From Eledone cirrhosa (Eukaryota), in NCBI GenBank assembly GCA_964016885.1, contig OZ024763.1, positions 4,278,001 to 4,342,000 on the forward strand: DNA of 64,000 nucleotides. Direction: 5' to 3'. The notes beneath the pieces are model-generated. The model saw nothing but the letters and a program-made list of their open reading frames with translations, was not told where the DNA came from and searched no databases. This document shows, one piece after another, positions 26,740 through 37,683 of this stretch (positions are counted from its first letter, which is position 1; every line of letters starts with the position of its first letter). The position numbers and the translations under genes are program-made.

Positions 26740-27870
26740 ACTCAAACTAGATTAGATGCTGAAACAGTCATAAAAGAACTTGAGCAGGAACAAACCTATA
26801 AATACTTAGGGATTAATGAGGGCTCTGGCATTCAGCATGTGTGTATGAAAGAGCAGATAAGGAAGGAATGTTACAGGAGAGTACACACAGTTCTGAGATC
26901 AGAATTAAATGCTCATAACAAGGTGTCAGCCATAAATTCCATAGCAGTTCCAGTTGTCACTTATATCTTCGGTGTGTTGAACTGGAACATGAGTGAAATT
27001 AAAAGAATCAACACCAAAATCCGTAAGTTACTGAATTGTAATAGGTTGCACCACCCGAAAGCACGTGTGGATCGTCTTTACCTTCCTAGAACTCTAGGAG
27101 GCCATGGCCTGATCCAATTTCAACTTCCCTACAAGACCACCACAATTGGACTGGCCAAATACCTTGAAAACAACAAAGGACTGTATGCTGAAACTTGTTG
27201 AAAAACATGAGAGAAATAAGAAGCTTCATTCTCTCTTGAAGGAGAACAGCAAAAAATATGCTTCTGATCTCCATGCTTGATACCCAGGCTGGACAGACTG
27301 AGGAAACTTGCAATTGTCGCTGTGAAGCACATGAAATTACTGGCAAATGCAAAAGAGCAATTAGCATCAAAGTGGGATCAGAAACCTCTGCGTGGCAAAT
27401 ATGTGGCCCGTAGCAAACAAGCTGATGTTGACCAAAAGCACACCCATCAGTGGCTACATAGCTCAGGGCTAAAAGCAGAGAGCGAAGACTTCATCTTAGC
27501 TGCCCAAGATCAAAGCTTATTGACATGGAATTACCAAGCCAATGTGGTGAGAAATGGAGTAAATCCAAAGTACCGATTCTGCAATGTTGAGGTTGAAACA
27601 GTGGACCACCTAGTTTCTGGATGTAAAGTTTTAGCCCCAGTAGATTACAAATATAGACATGACAGAGTTGGCCAATGTCTACACTGGTTAATATGTCGGC
27701 ATTATAAAATCAAAACTGCTGTCAAGTGGTACAATCATCACCCTGAGGCGGAGAAAAAAATAACTGAGTGAAGGAGAAAAAAATAACTCTTTGGGACTTT
27801 GCTGTACACATTGACCCGATCATAAAAGCTAATAGACCAGATGTCATTGTAAAAGACCAACATGCTAAAG
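26740..27870 (+). mobile_element. R4/NeSL-like LINE fragment (RT C-terminus, zinc-knuckle remnant, start of RLE)
   Basis: YKYLGINE, RLYLPRxxGGxGL, ILAAQDQSL, RFC...ETVDHLVSGC, RHDRV, ANRPD; frameshifted. Confidence 0.85.
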
Positions 27871-28814
27871 GGCTAATGAATATAGCAAAATTATCAATGA
27901 GGGGCATGGCCTTGGTGGGTTTTGACAATGTTTATCATTCTTAGTTGTCCCCACTTTGACAGTTATATATAGAATCTTGCTCTCTTCCAACGCGCCTAAT
28001 TACATATCAGGTGCACCATGCATCAGATGCACAGTTTGAGAACCACTGGTGCAGATGCATAATCAATAACTTTGATATCTAATTAAAGACTATATCATTG
28101 CTGTTTATCATTGTTTTTCTCTACAAGTCTACTAACGGTTGTTCTTTTTTTTCTTTTTTTCTTTATGCATGATGTCATTGCTGTTATAACTACTGCTTTT
28201 ATTACTACTACTACTACTACTACTACTTCTACTACTACTTCTACTATTGCTGCTGCTCATGTGACTACTACTACTACCACTACTACTACTACCACTACTA
28301 CTACTACCACCATCACTGGATGCATGCTCTATGATGCTGAACATCATTCACTGCTGAACATCATTCACTGCTGAACATCATTCACTGCAGTGTGCTAAAG
28401 TTGAGGTATTAATATTATTATTAATTATTATAAATTGCTGGCCTTGTGTTTAAATTATTATTATTATTATGTGAGGGGAGTGGCCGAGTCAGTAGAGCGT
28501 CAGACAAATGCTTAGCAGAATTTGTTCTGGCCCTTTATGTTCTGGGTTCAAATCTCGCCATGGTTAACTTTGCCTTTCATCCTTACTGGGTCGATAGAAT
28601 AAAGTACCAGTAATGTACTGAGGTTAATTTAATCAACTTTCCTCTCTCCACAAAATTGTTGGCCTTTTGCTTAAATCAGAAACTATTATTATTATTATCA
28701 AGGCAGTGGATGACAAAGTCGGTAGAGCGACAAACAAATGCTTAGCAGTATTTGTTTCAGCCCTTTACCGTCTGAGGTCAACTTTGCCTTACACCCTTTT
28801 TTAGAGTGACCGCT

Positions 28815-29600
28815 ATCTATTTCTAAATGTCTACTCCTGGATTATAGAGTCCCTCTATCTATTTCTATATGTCTACTCCTGGATTATAGAGTCCCTCTAT
28901 TTCTATATGTCTACTCCTGGATTATAGAGTCCCTCTATCTATTTCTATATGTCTACTCCTGGATTATAGAGTCCCTCTATTTCTATATGTCTACTCCTGG
29001 ATTATAGAGTCCCTCTATCTATTTCTATATGTCTACTCCTGGATTAGAGAGTCCCTCTATTTCTATATGTCTACTCCTGGATTATAGAGTCCCTCTATTT
29101 CTATATGTCTACTCCTGGATTAGAGAGTCCCTCTATTTCTATATGTCTACTCCTGGACTATAGAGTCCCTCTATTTCTATATGTCTACTCCTGGACTATA
29201 GAGTCCCTCTATTTCTATATATCTACTCCTGGACTATAGAGTCCCTCTATTTCTATATATCTACTCCTGGACTATAGAGTCCCTCTATTTCTATATGTCT
29301 ACTCCTGGACTATAGAGTCCCTCTATCTATTTCTATATGTTTACTCCTGGACTATAGTCCCTCTATTTCTATATGTCTACTCCTGGACTATAGAGTCCCT
29401 CTATTTCTATTTCTATATGTCTACTCCTGGACTATAGAGTCCCTCTATTTCTATATGTCTACTCCTGGACTATAGAGTCCCTCTATTTCTCTATATCTAC
29501 TCCTGGACTATAGAGTCCCTCTATCTATTTCTATATGTCTACTCCTGGACTATAGTCTCTCTCTCTATCTATTTCTATATGTCTACTCCTGGACTATAGA
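28815..29600. repeat. 38/42-bp minisatellite
   Basis: ctatttctatatgtctactcctggactatagagtccct repeats. Confidence 0.95.
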
Positions 29601-29674
29601 GTTTAGACTGTCTATTTAGAAGTTATCCGTCTATTTCAATGATTTTCTGTCACATTATCTTCTTGTTTCTTCAG

Positions 29675-29839
29675 CTTGATGATGGCATGGAACGAGGCGA
29701 GATCTCTCTTGATGACTTCACTCTACTGCGGGTCATTGGACGTGGAAGCTATGCAAAAGTCCTCATGGTGGAGCAAAAAACCACTAAACGTATATATGCT
29801 ATGAAGGTTATCAAGAAAGCCATGTTTAATGACGAAGAG
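29675..29839 (+). CDS. PRKCI: aPKC kinase exon (Gly-loop, catalytic Lys): LDDGMERGEISLDDFTLLRVIGRGSYAKVLMVEQKTTKRIYAMKVIKKAMFNDEE
   Basis: ttcag acceptor, GAG|gtgagt donor; 165 nt; aPKC-specific GRGSYAKV. Confidence 0.98.
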
Positions 29840-30208
29840 GTGAGTTGGTGTAGGTGATTGTGTGTGTGTGTGTGTCTATGCCTGGCTGCATGTATGTGTA
29901 TGTCTGTGCCTGTATGTGTTCTGTGAAGGTTATCAAGGAAGCTATCTTTAATGAAGAGGTGAGTTGGTGTATGTATGTGTATGTCTCTCTCTCTCTCTCT
30001 GTATGTTTGTGTTTGGATGGGAATACATCTGTAGGCATGTGAGTGAGTGAGTGTGCATGTGTGTGTCTGCATGCATGTCTGTTGCTGCGTGAGCATGTCT
30101 GTATGTACATGCACATGTGTGTGCACATATGCTCTCTCTGAAAGATGTCAAGAAAGAGATGTTTAATGATGATGACAATAATTAATACAATGTTACCTTT
30201 ATTTGTAG

Positions 30209-30306
30209 GACATTGATTGGATAAACACAGAAAAGCATGTCTTTGAGACTGCCACTAATTATCCATTCCTGGTCGGACTTCATTCTTGTTTCCAGTCACT
30301 CAGTCG
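30209..30306 (+). CDS. PRKCI: aPKC kinase exon: [32 protein letters not shown](R)
   Basis: tgtag acceptor, CG|gtaagt donor; 98 nt, phase 0-2. Confidence 0.97.
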
Positions 30307-30471
30307 GTAAGTAAATCCTCATTTGGTATTGGCTCAACTCTTTTATAAGAACTTTTGTGTTAGCTTAATATAAGCTGCTTCAATGCAGGTTTTTTAATGA
30401 TGAAAAATAGTGAAATAAGTTGGGAATATAAGTCACTAGAGAAGGAAAAGGGGGATTTGATTTCCGTATAT

Positions 30472-31008
30472 GATACTGTCCATCTCTCCTGTCTCTAGGT
30501 CTCTAGGGGACACTGTCTATCTCTCCTGTCTCTAGGGGACACTGTCCATCTCTCCTATCTCTGGGGGACACTGTCTATCTCTTCTGTCTCTAGGGGACAC
30601 TGTCCATCTCTCCTGTCTCTACGGGACACTGTATATCTCTTCTCTCTAGGGGACACTGTATATCTCTTCTGTCTCTAGGGGACACTGTATATCTCTTCTG
30701 TCTCTAGGGGACACTGTATATCTCTTCTGTCTCTAGGGGACACTATATCTCTCTGTCTCTAGGGGACACTGTATATCTCTTCTGTCTCTAGGGGACACTG
30801 TATATCTCTTCTGTCTCTAGGGGACACTGTATATCTCTCCTGTCTCTAGGGGACACTGTCTATCTCTCCTGTCTCTAGGGGACAATATATCTCTTCTGTC
30901 TCTAGGGGACACTATATCTCTTCTGTCTCTAGGGGACACTATATCTCTTCTGTCTCTAGGGGACACTATATCTCTTCTGTCTCTAGGGGACACTGTCTAT
31001 CTCTCCTG
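30472..31008. repeat. 29-bp minisatellite
   Basis: ctctaggggacactgtatatctcttctgt repeats. Confidence 0.93.
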
Positions 31009-31216
31009 GCCCACTTATTTAATTATTTTTCATAGTAACAAAAAATGACTTACATATTTTCAAAATGAATAATTTGCTCAACACTTGAAGGACCATAGGA
31101 AGACAATGATCAAGATTGTTGGATGACATCGTAAGATTGGTGGGTCTCACTTAGGGATCCACTTGTAGCCTTTGGAGATGGTTGCTTCTGATGGGACCCT
31201 CATAATTATCTCACCT

Positions 31217-32901
31217 AATATCAAAATCTCATAGATTCAATATTATATGAGATAATTATGAGGTAAAGCCTTTACTGTGAAAATACAATAGTATATATAG
31301 AGTAATGTAAAGGTTATGTGAGATATTATGTGAGGTAAAGCCTTTACTGTGAAAATACAATAGTATATATAGAGTAATGTAAATGTTATGTGAGATATTA
31401 TGTGAGGTAAAGCCTTTACTGTGAAAATACAATAGTATATATAGAGTAATGTAAATGTTATGTGAGATATTATGTGAGGTAAAGTCTTTACTGTGAAAAT
31501 ACAATAGCATATATAGAGTAATGTAAAGGTTATGTGAGGTAAAGCCTTTACTGTGACAATACAATAGTATATATAGAGTAATGTAAATGTTATGGGAGAT
31601 ATTATGTGAGGTAAAGCCTTTACTGTGAAAATACAATAGTATATATAGAGTAATGTAAAGGTTATGTGAGATATTATGTGAGGTAAAGCCTTTACTGTGA
31701 CAATACAATAGTATATATAGAGTAATGTAAATGTTATGCGAGATATTATGTAAGGTAAAGCCTTTACTGTGAAAATACAATAGTATATATAGAGTAATGT
31801 AAATGTTATGTGAGGTAAAGCCTTTACTGTGAAAATACAATAGTATATATAGAGTAATGTAGATGTTATGTGAGGTAAAGCCTTTACTGTGAAAATACAA
31901 TAGTATATAGAGTAATGTAAATGTTATGAGAGATATTATGTGAGGTAAAGCCTTTACTGTGAAAATACAATAGCATATATAGAGTAATGTAAATGTTATG
32001 TGAGATATTATGTGAGGTAAAGCCTTTACTGTGAATATACAATAGTATATATAGAGTAATGTAAATGTTATGTGAGATATTATGTAAGGTAAAGCGTTTA
32101 CTGTGAAAATACAATAGTATATATAGAGTAATGTAAATGTTATGTGAGATATTATGTGAGGTAAAGCCTTTACTGTAAAAATACAATAGTATATATAGAG
32201 TAATGTAAATGTTATGTGAGGTAAAGCCTTTACTGTGAAAATACAATAGTATATATAGAGTAATGTAAATGTTATGAGATATTATGTGAGGTAAAGCCTT
32301 TACTGTGAAAATACAATAGTATATATAGAGTAATGTAAAGGTTATGTGAGATATTATGTGAGGTAAAGCCTTTACTGTGAAAATACAATAGTATATATAG
32401 AGTAATGTAAATGTTATGTGAGATATTATGTGAGGTAAAGCCTTTACTGTGAAAATACAATAGCATATATAGAGTAATGTAAAGGTTATGTGAGATATTA
32501 TGTGAGGTAAAGCCTTTACTGTGACAATACAATAGTATATATAGAGTAATGTAAATGTTATGGGAGATATTATGTAAGGTAAAGCCTTTACTGTGAAAAT
32601 ACAATAGTATATATAGAGTAATGTAAATGTTATGGGAGATATTATGTAAGGTAAAGCCTTTACTGTGAAAATACAATAACATATATAGAGTAATGTAAAT
32701 GTTATGTGAGATATTATGTGAGGTAAAGCCTTTACTGTAAAAATACAATAGTATATATAGAGTAATGTAAATGTTATGTGAGGTAAAGCCTTTACTGTGA
32801 AAATACAATAGTATATATAGAGTAATGTAAATGTTATGTGAGGTAAAGCCTTTACTGTGAAAATACAATAGTATATATAGAGTAATGTAAATGCTAAAGG
32901 G
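31217..32901 (+). repeat. 72/60-bp minisatellite inside a 5'-truncated copy of the same MITE
   Basis: Unit aggtaaagcctttactgtgaaaatacaatagtatatatagagtaatgtaaatgttatgtgagatattatgtg; ends in taaatgctaaaggg|ttaa. Confidence 0.92.
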
Positions 32902-32930
32902 TTAATACAAATATGTTTTTTTTCCACCAG

Positions 32931-33067
32931 TTTGTTTTTTGTGATTGAGTTTGTCAATGGTGGAGATCTGATGTTCCACATGCAGCAGCAAAGGAGGTTG
33001 GCAGAGGACCATGCCAGGTTTTATGCTGCCGAAATTTCTTTGGCCCTTAATTTTCTACATGATCGAG
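32931..33067 (+). CDS. PRKCI: aPKC kinase exon: [45 protein letters not shown](G)
   Basis: accag acceptor, G|gtaac donor; 137 nt, phase 2-1. Confidence 0.98.
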
Positions 33068-33325
33068 GTAACATATCTTCCTTCTCTCTGTTGTCTCTAG
33101 CAGGTGGTGTAGATGTATGGGTGTGTTTGGGTGGATGTGTGTATGTTTGTGTGGATGTGGATGTGAGGGTGTATGTGTATATGTGTGGATTAAAATGTGT
33201 AAACATGTGGTGTGTGGATGTTTGCAGGTTTTATGTATATGTGTGTCGATGTGTGATTGTAGAGGTAGCTGTATGTGTGGGTTTGTGTGTTGTGTAGCTT
33301 TATGAGTGGGTGTTTGTGTTTATGA

Positions 33326-33514
<189 letters not shown>

Positions 33515-34146
33515 TAATGGTATCTCAGGGGTGCTGTCATAGCATACAGTCTGTCATGGATATCTTAACTTCTAATGTCCTGTACCACAAGTAACCTCAT
33601 TAGCAAGACATTTTGAAAGGTACCTAACTACTAGAGCTACATCACATTAAAAATTATTCTTTAATCTAACACTAAAAATGTTCACAATAATCTGTTTACT
33701 AGTAAAGATACTATTAACACCTGAATTAACAAACTAAATTAACAAGACATTTTTGAAAAATAAAAATAAAACATTAAGTTTTACCTGTAGGGCAGGGAAA
33801 CTTTATAGTAATATCTATACTCTACCTTTCTTAAGTATAAAGTACTATATTGAATAATGGTCTTAACTGGTTTTAACTAAGTTATTTTCAGCATTTGAGA
33901 TTTCAACATTTTCTAAGATAGTAGCTTTATTATATAGAAACTACATAATTTGACAGCTGCAGCTGGATAACATCTGCCTTTCCTATTTGGTGGCTGTTGC
34001 AGTCTGGGAAGGTTGGATGGTCCACATTTGGTTTAACGAATTTAGAGGGTGGGCCATGGTTTCGTTTAGCAGGAGTCTTGTTGAGTATTTTTGGACTTAT
34101 TGGAGCAATAATGGTCTTATTTATGTATATATATCTAATATTTCAG

Positions 34147-34231
34147 GAAGGGTTATTTGGAGGTGAAACCAACACATTTTGTGGGACACCAAATTATATT
34201 GCTCCTGAAATACTCCGAGGCGAGTCATATG
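34147..34231 (+). CDS. PRKCI: aPKC activation-loop exon: [28 protein letters not shown](D)
   Basis: ttcag acceptor, G|gtaagc donor; 85 nt, phase 0-1; [12 protein letters not shown]. Confidence 0.98.
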
Positions 34232-34859
34232 GTAAGCATTTATGTGTCATGTTATGTATTTAAAATATTCAAACATTAACTGAATGAGCACTCAATACTT
34301 ATGGGTAGTGTGTAGATTTTATTTTTTATTTTTCTAAGTAGAAAAGTGGCAGTGACTTCAAAGTTTCAGCTTGGTTGTTTGATCTAACTGCATTATGTGG
34401 TGGGACAGGACTTCTTTATATAGGTCTGTAGTTGTGGGAGGGTTAAAAAATATATTTGTTATAGGGTGATGGGCAAATGTGTGTATCTATATCATCATTG
34501 TTGTCATCTGCTTTCCATGTGGGCATAAGTTGGACAGTTTCACAGTCAGCGACCAGGTGGGTCAGAACAACCTCATTTTGCTTATACATTCCATATTTGG
34601 CATAGTTTTTACATGGCACCAGCACTACCACTTTACAGAGTGTACTGCGTGCATCTTTTCATGGCTCCAGCACAAGAGAGGTTGTCACAAGCTTGGCCAA
34701 ACTGAAGATTTCTCTCAAACTCTGTTGTTTCTGTTTGATCACCAAACACTGTAGTCTCCTGTCTCTTACAATGTTTATCCTTAGTGTCACAGTGTATGTA
34801 CTGGTGGATGGGTCTTTTGTATTATGACATTTTGTCAGTCAGATCTATATGGAGGGTCT

Positions 34860-35198
34860 TTGGAGTAACGTTACTTGATAAAGTGTGTAGCTCGGAGATG
34901 AGAGAGTCACTCCAGGTAGCTCCAGGTAGAGCCGCTACTTCTCTGTAGTGAGAGATCACAGCTCTGATACTATGGACATGTGGTTAGAATGTCTCAGGAA
35001 AGAATCACTGGACAGATTTTATGGGTGAAACCAATGGGTAGGAGACCCAGGGGTAGACCCCGAGCAAGATGGTTGGATAACATCCATGAGCTTGGCTGGT
35101 CTCGTTTGGCAATCCAACCAGATCAGTTGGAGATGGTTGCTTCTGACAGGACCTGTTGGAGGGAATGTTTGAGGACTCTGCCCCCACGACCCTCTTAG
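34860..35198 (+). mobile_element. RTE-like LINE 3' end
   Basis: YGHVVRM..GRRPRGRPRARWLD. Confidence 0.75.
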
Positions 35199-35398
35199 GA
35201 ATAAGTGGGCGAAGAAAAGATCTATATGTATGTGTATATATATATATATATAAGGATTAGAATACTGGAGCGTGTTGGAGTTAAACACCCTCTTCGTATT
35301 ATAGAAATGACAGTAAAAGGTATAGCTCAATGCAGTTAAACAGAGCCAAAAAATTAAGAGAGTAAAACAAAGAAGCCTTCAATACATCAAAAGTCTTT

Positions 35399-35443
35399 AT
35401 TAGCCGACAATGTTTCGTCCTATTAAGGACTCATCAGGGCAAT
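35399..35443 (-). ncRNA. minimal type I hammerhead ribozyme (left arm of inverted repeat)
   Basis: Reverse complement of 35757-35801. Confidence 0.85.
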
Positions 35444-35756
35444 CAAAACAACAAGAAGTAATATCGGCAGATACAAGCCGGAATCTCAGAAGAATATGGA
35501 GTGTACATATACTAAAGTCTTGCAAAAATATATGATAATAAAAATAAAAATATATAAGAATAACTAAGGATGTATATAACATTAAGAACCATATTACAAA
35601 TATAGTCCAAAGCAACTAACCTAAATCTAAACAAATTTGGTTATATAGAGCAGGAATTATATATAACACAATGTAATATAACATGTAGTATATGTACACT
35701 CCATATTCTTCTGAGATTCCGGCTTGTATCTGCCGATATTACTTCTTGTTGTTTTG

Positions 35757-35801
35757 ATTGCCCTGATGAGTCCTTAATAGGACGAAACATTGTCGGCTAA
35801 T
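35757..35801 (+). ncRNA. minimal type I hammerhead ribozyme, GUC cleavage site after 35794
   Basis: attgcc CTGATGA GTCC ttaata GGAC GAAAC att GTC ggctaat; fully canonical core followed by AATAAA. Confidence 0.88.
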
Positions 35802-36485
35802 AAAAACTTTTGATGTATTAAAGGATTCTTTGTTTTACTCTCTTAATTATATATATATATATATATCCCCAGTCCTCACTGTAAAGTGGTCATTTTGGTG
35901 CCATGTTAAAAAGCGCCCAGTCTACACCGTTAAATGTGGTTGGTGTTAGAAAGGGAATCCAGCTGTAGAAATGAAGCGAGAAACTGTTCTGTATGAGCAA
36001 GACACAGTCATCTGATTTGACTTGTCTCATAACAGGACAACACATCTAACCCATGTTAGTATAGAAAAATGGACAATAAATGGTGATGATGATGATGATG
36101 ATATATAACAACAGTAATAAGTTATGCCAAGGAAATGTCAAGTCCAATATGTTTCTATAATCTGTAAATAGAAGAGATTCAATGAAAGTGTAATCCATTG
36201 GGGAAGTAAATCCCAGATTCTGTAGGAATGTAAAGACAACTCATAATAAATCAAGTGTTTCTGACAAAATTTACGTTTTCATTTTGTGACTTGCCTCTCT
36301 TAAATTCTGTGAGGAAGCAAAGGAAATGGGGTTAATTTATTGGGAAATTTATATTACTTGGTTTATACTGGATGACTAATATATGGAGTTACTGTCATAT
36401 ATTGGAATTTTACTTAACTAAAACTCTTTGACTAACTATCTATCTAGGGCAGGGAAAATTCCTGAGACCCATGGACAAGTTCTCT

Positions 36486-37373
36486 CTAGCGGTTTCTGTC
36501 CTTTATCATCACTGCTATGCCCTGGGCCTCCCAGAGACCAGTGTCTGTCCTTAGGGCATCAACATATGTCAACCTCGGTCTCACTCTTCTAGTGTGTCCA
36601 TGTAAGGGCTCCCACAGGAGCACCGAGTGCAGTGTCAACTCTGAATGTCGGTGAGCATGTCCAGCTAACCCCAGTCTCCTCCAAGTAGGGGCTCCCACAG
36701 GAGCACTGAGTGCAATGTCAACTCTGGATGTCGGTGAGCATGTCCAGCTAACCTCAGTCTCCTCTGTGTTACTTTCAAGCTGACTATTGGGAGGCTCCCA
36801 TACAGCTCTGAGTTCTTCGTCCTCAATGTTTACTGATTAATGTTCAGAGCCATCCTTAGCACTTTTGTGTAGCACCCATCCACCATTTGTCCAAGTCTCA
36901 GACCCGTACAGCAGCACAGACTGCACAGTGGCGATAAAGAGACGGATCTTCGGGTCTTTATGAAGGTCCCGACTTCCACGCGGACCTCTGACTGTAACAC
37001 CACAGTGGACTATTGTATGCACCTTGCACTGGAGAAACACCAGGACTCGGGCTTCACTGTAACACCGGCTTAGAGCAGGAGAGTTAAGGCGAAAAAGATA
37101 TCAGATGCTGAATTTGCTGACGACATAGTTCTGGTGACAAACACAGTGAAGGAGGCAGAGGAGTTGATGCAGGGGGTGGAGACTGTGTTGATGGGTGTGG
37201 GGCTGAGAATAAATGAGATTAAGACAAAGTATCTGGTAGAGAATATTAAGAAGCCAGAGAAGATTATGAATGTGGGCGAGAAGATGTTAGAGCTGGTTGA
37301 GGACTTCCTGTATCTGGGAGCAAAGATTGGGAACACAGAGGATGATGTGGTGGAGAGGAAGAGCAAAGCCTGA
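36486..37373. mobile_element. LINE RT fragments in opposite orientations
   Basis: Minus: SVLLYGSETW, LGLAGH; plus: EFADDIVL..GLRINEIKTKY..FLYLG. Confidence 0.75.
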
Positions 37374-37560
37374 CTAACTATATCTTTACTAATTGCATCA
37401 TTTGTGAAAACGTGTGGAAGACAAAGATGTAAATTCTAATATTCTGACTGAAATCTTGGATTTATTACACACACACACCACACATACACATACACACATA
37501 CACACCACACATACACACACCTGAAATTGACATGTTTCTTATTTCTTTCCTAAAATTCAG

Positions 37561-37683
37561 ATTTTAGTGTTGACTGGTGGGCCCTTGGTGTGCTAATGTT
37601 TGAGATGTTGGCAGGGCGGTCCCCCTTCGATGTCGTGGGAAGTGATAATCCAGATCAAAATACAGAGGATTACCTCTTTCAGT
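37561..37683 (+). CDS. PRKCI: aPKC kinase exon: [40 protein letters not shown]
   Basis: ttcag acceptor, T|gtaagt donor; 123 nt, phase 1-1; aPKC-specific [12 protein letters not shown] insert. Confidence 0.98.

Larger units (their letters stand above)
35352..35848. mobile_element. inverted repeat (163-bp arms, ~170-bp spacer), probable Penelope-like inverted pseudo-LTR remnant
   Basis: Arms 35352-35514 and 35686-35848 are near-perfect reverse complements, each with a hammerhead and AATAAA; (TA)n nearby on both sides. Confidence 0.7.
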
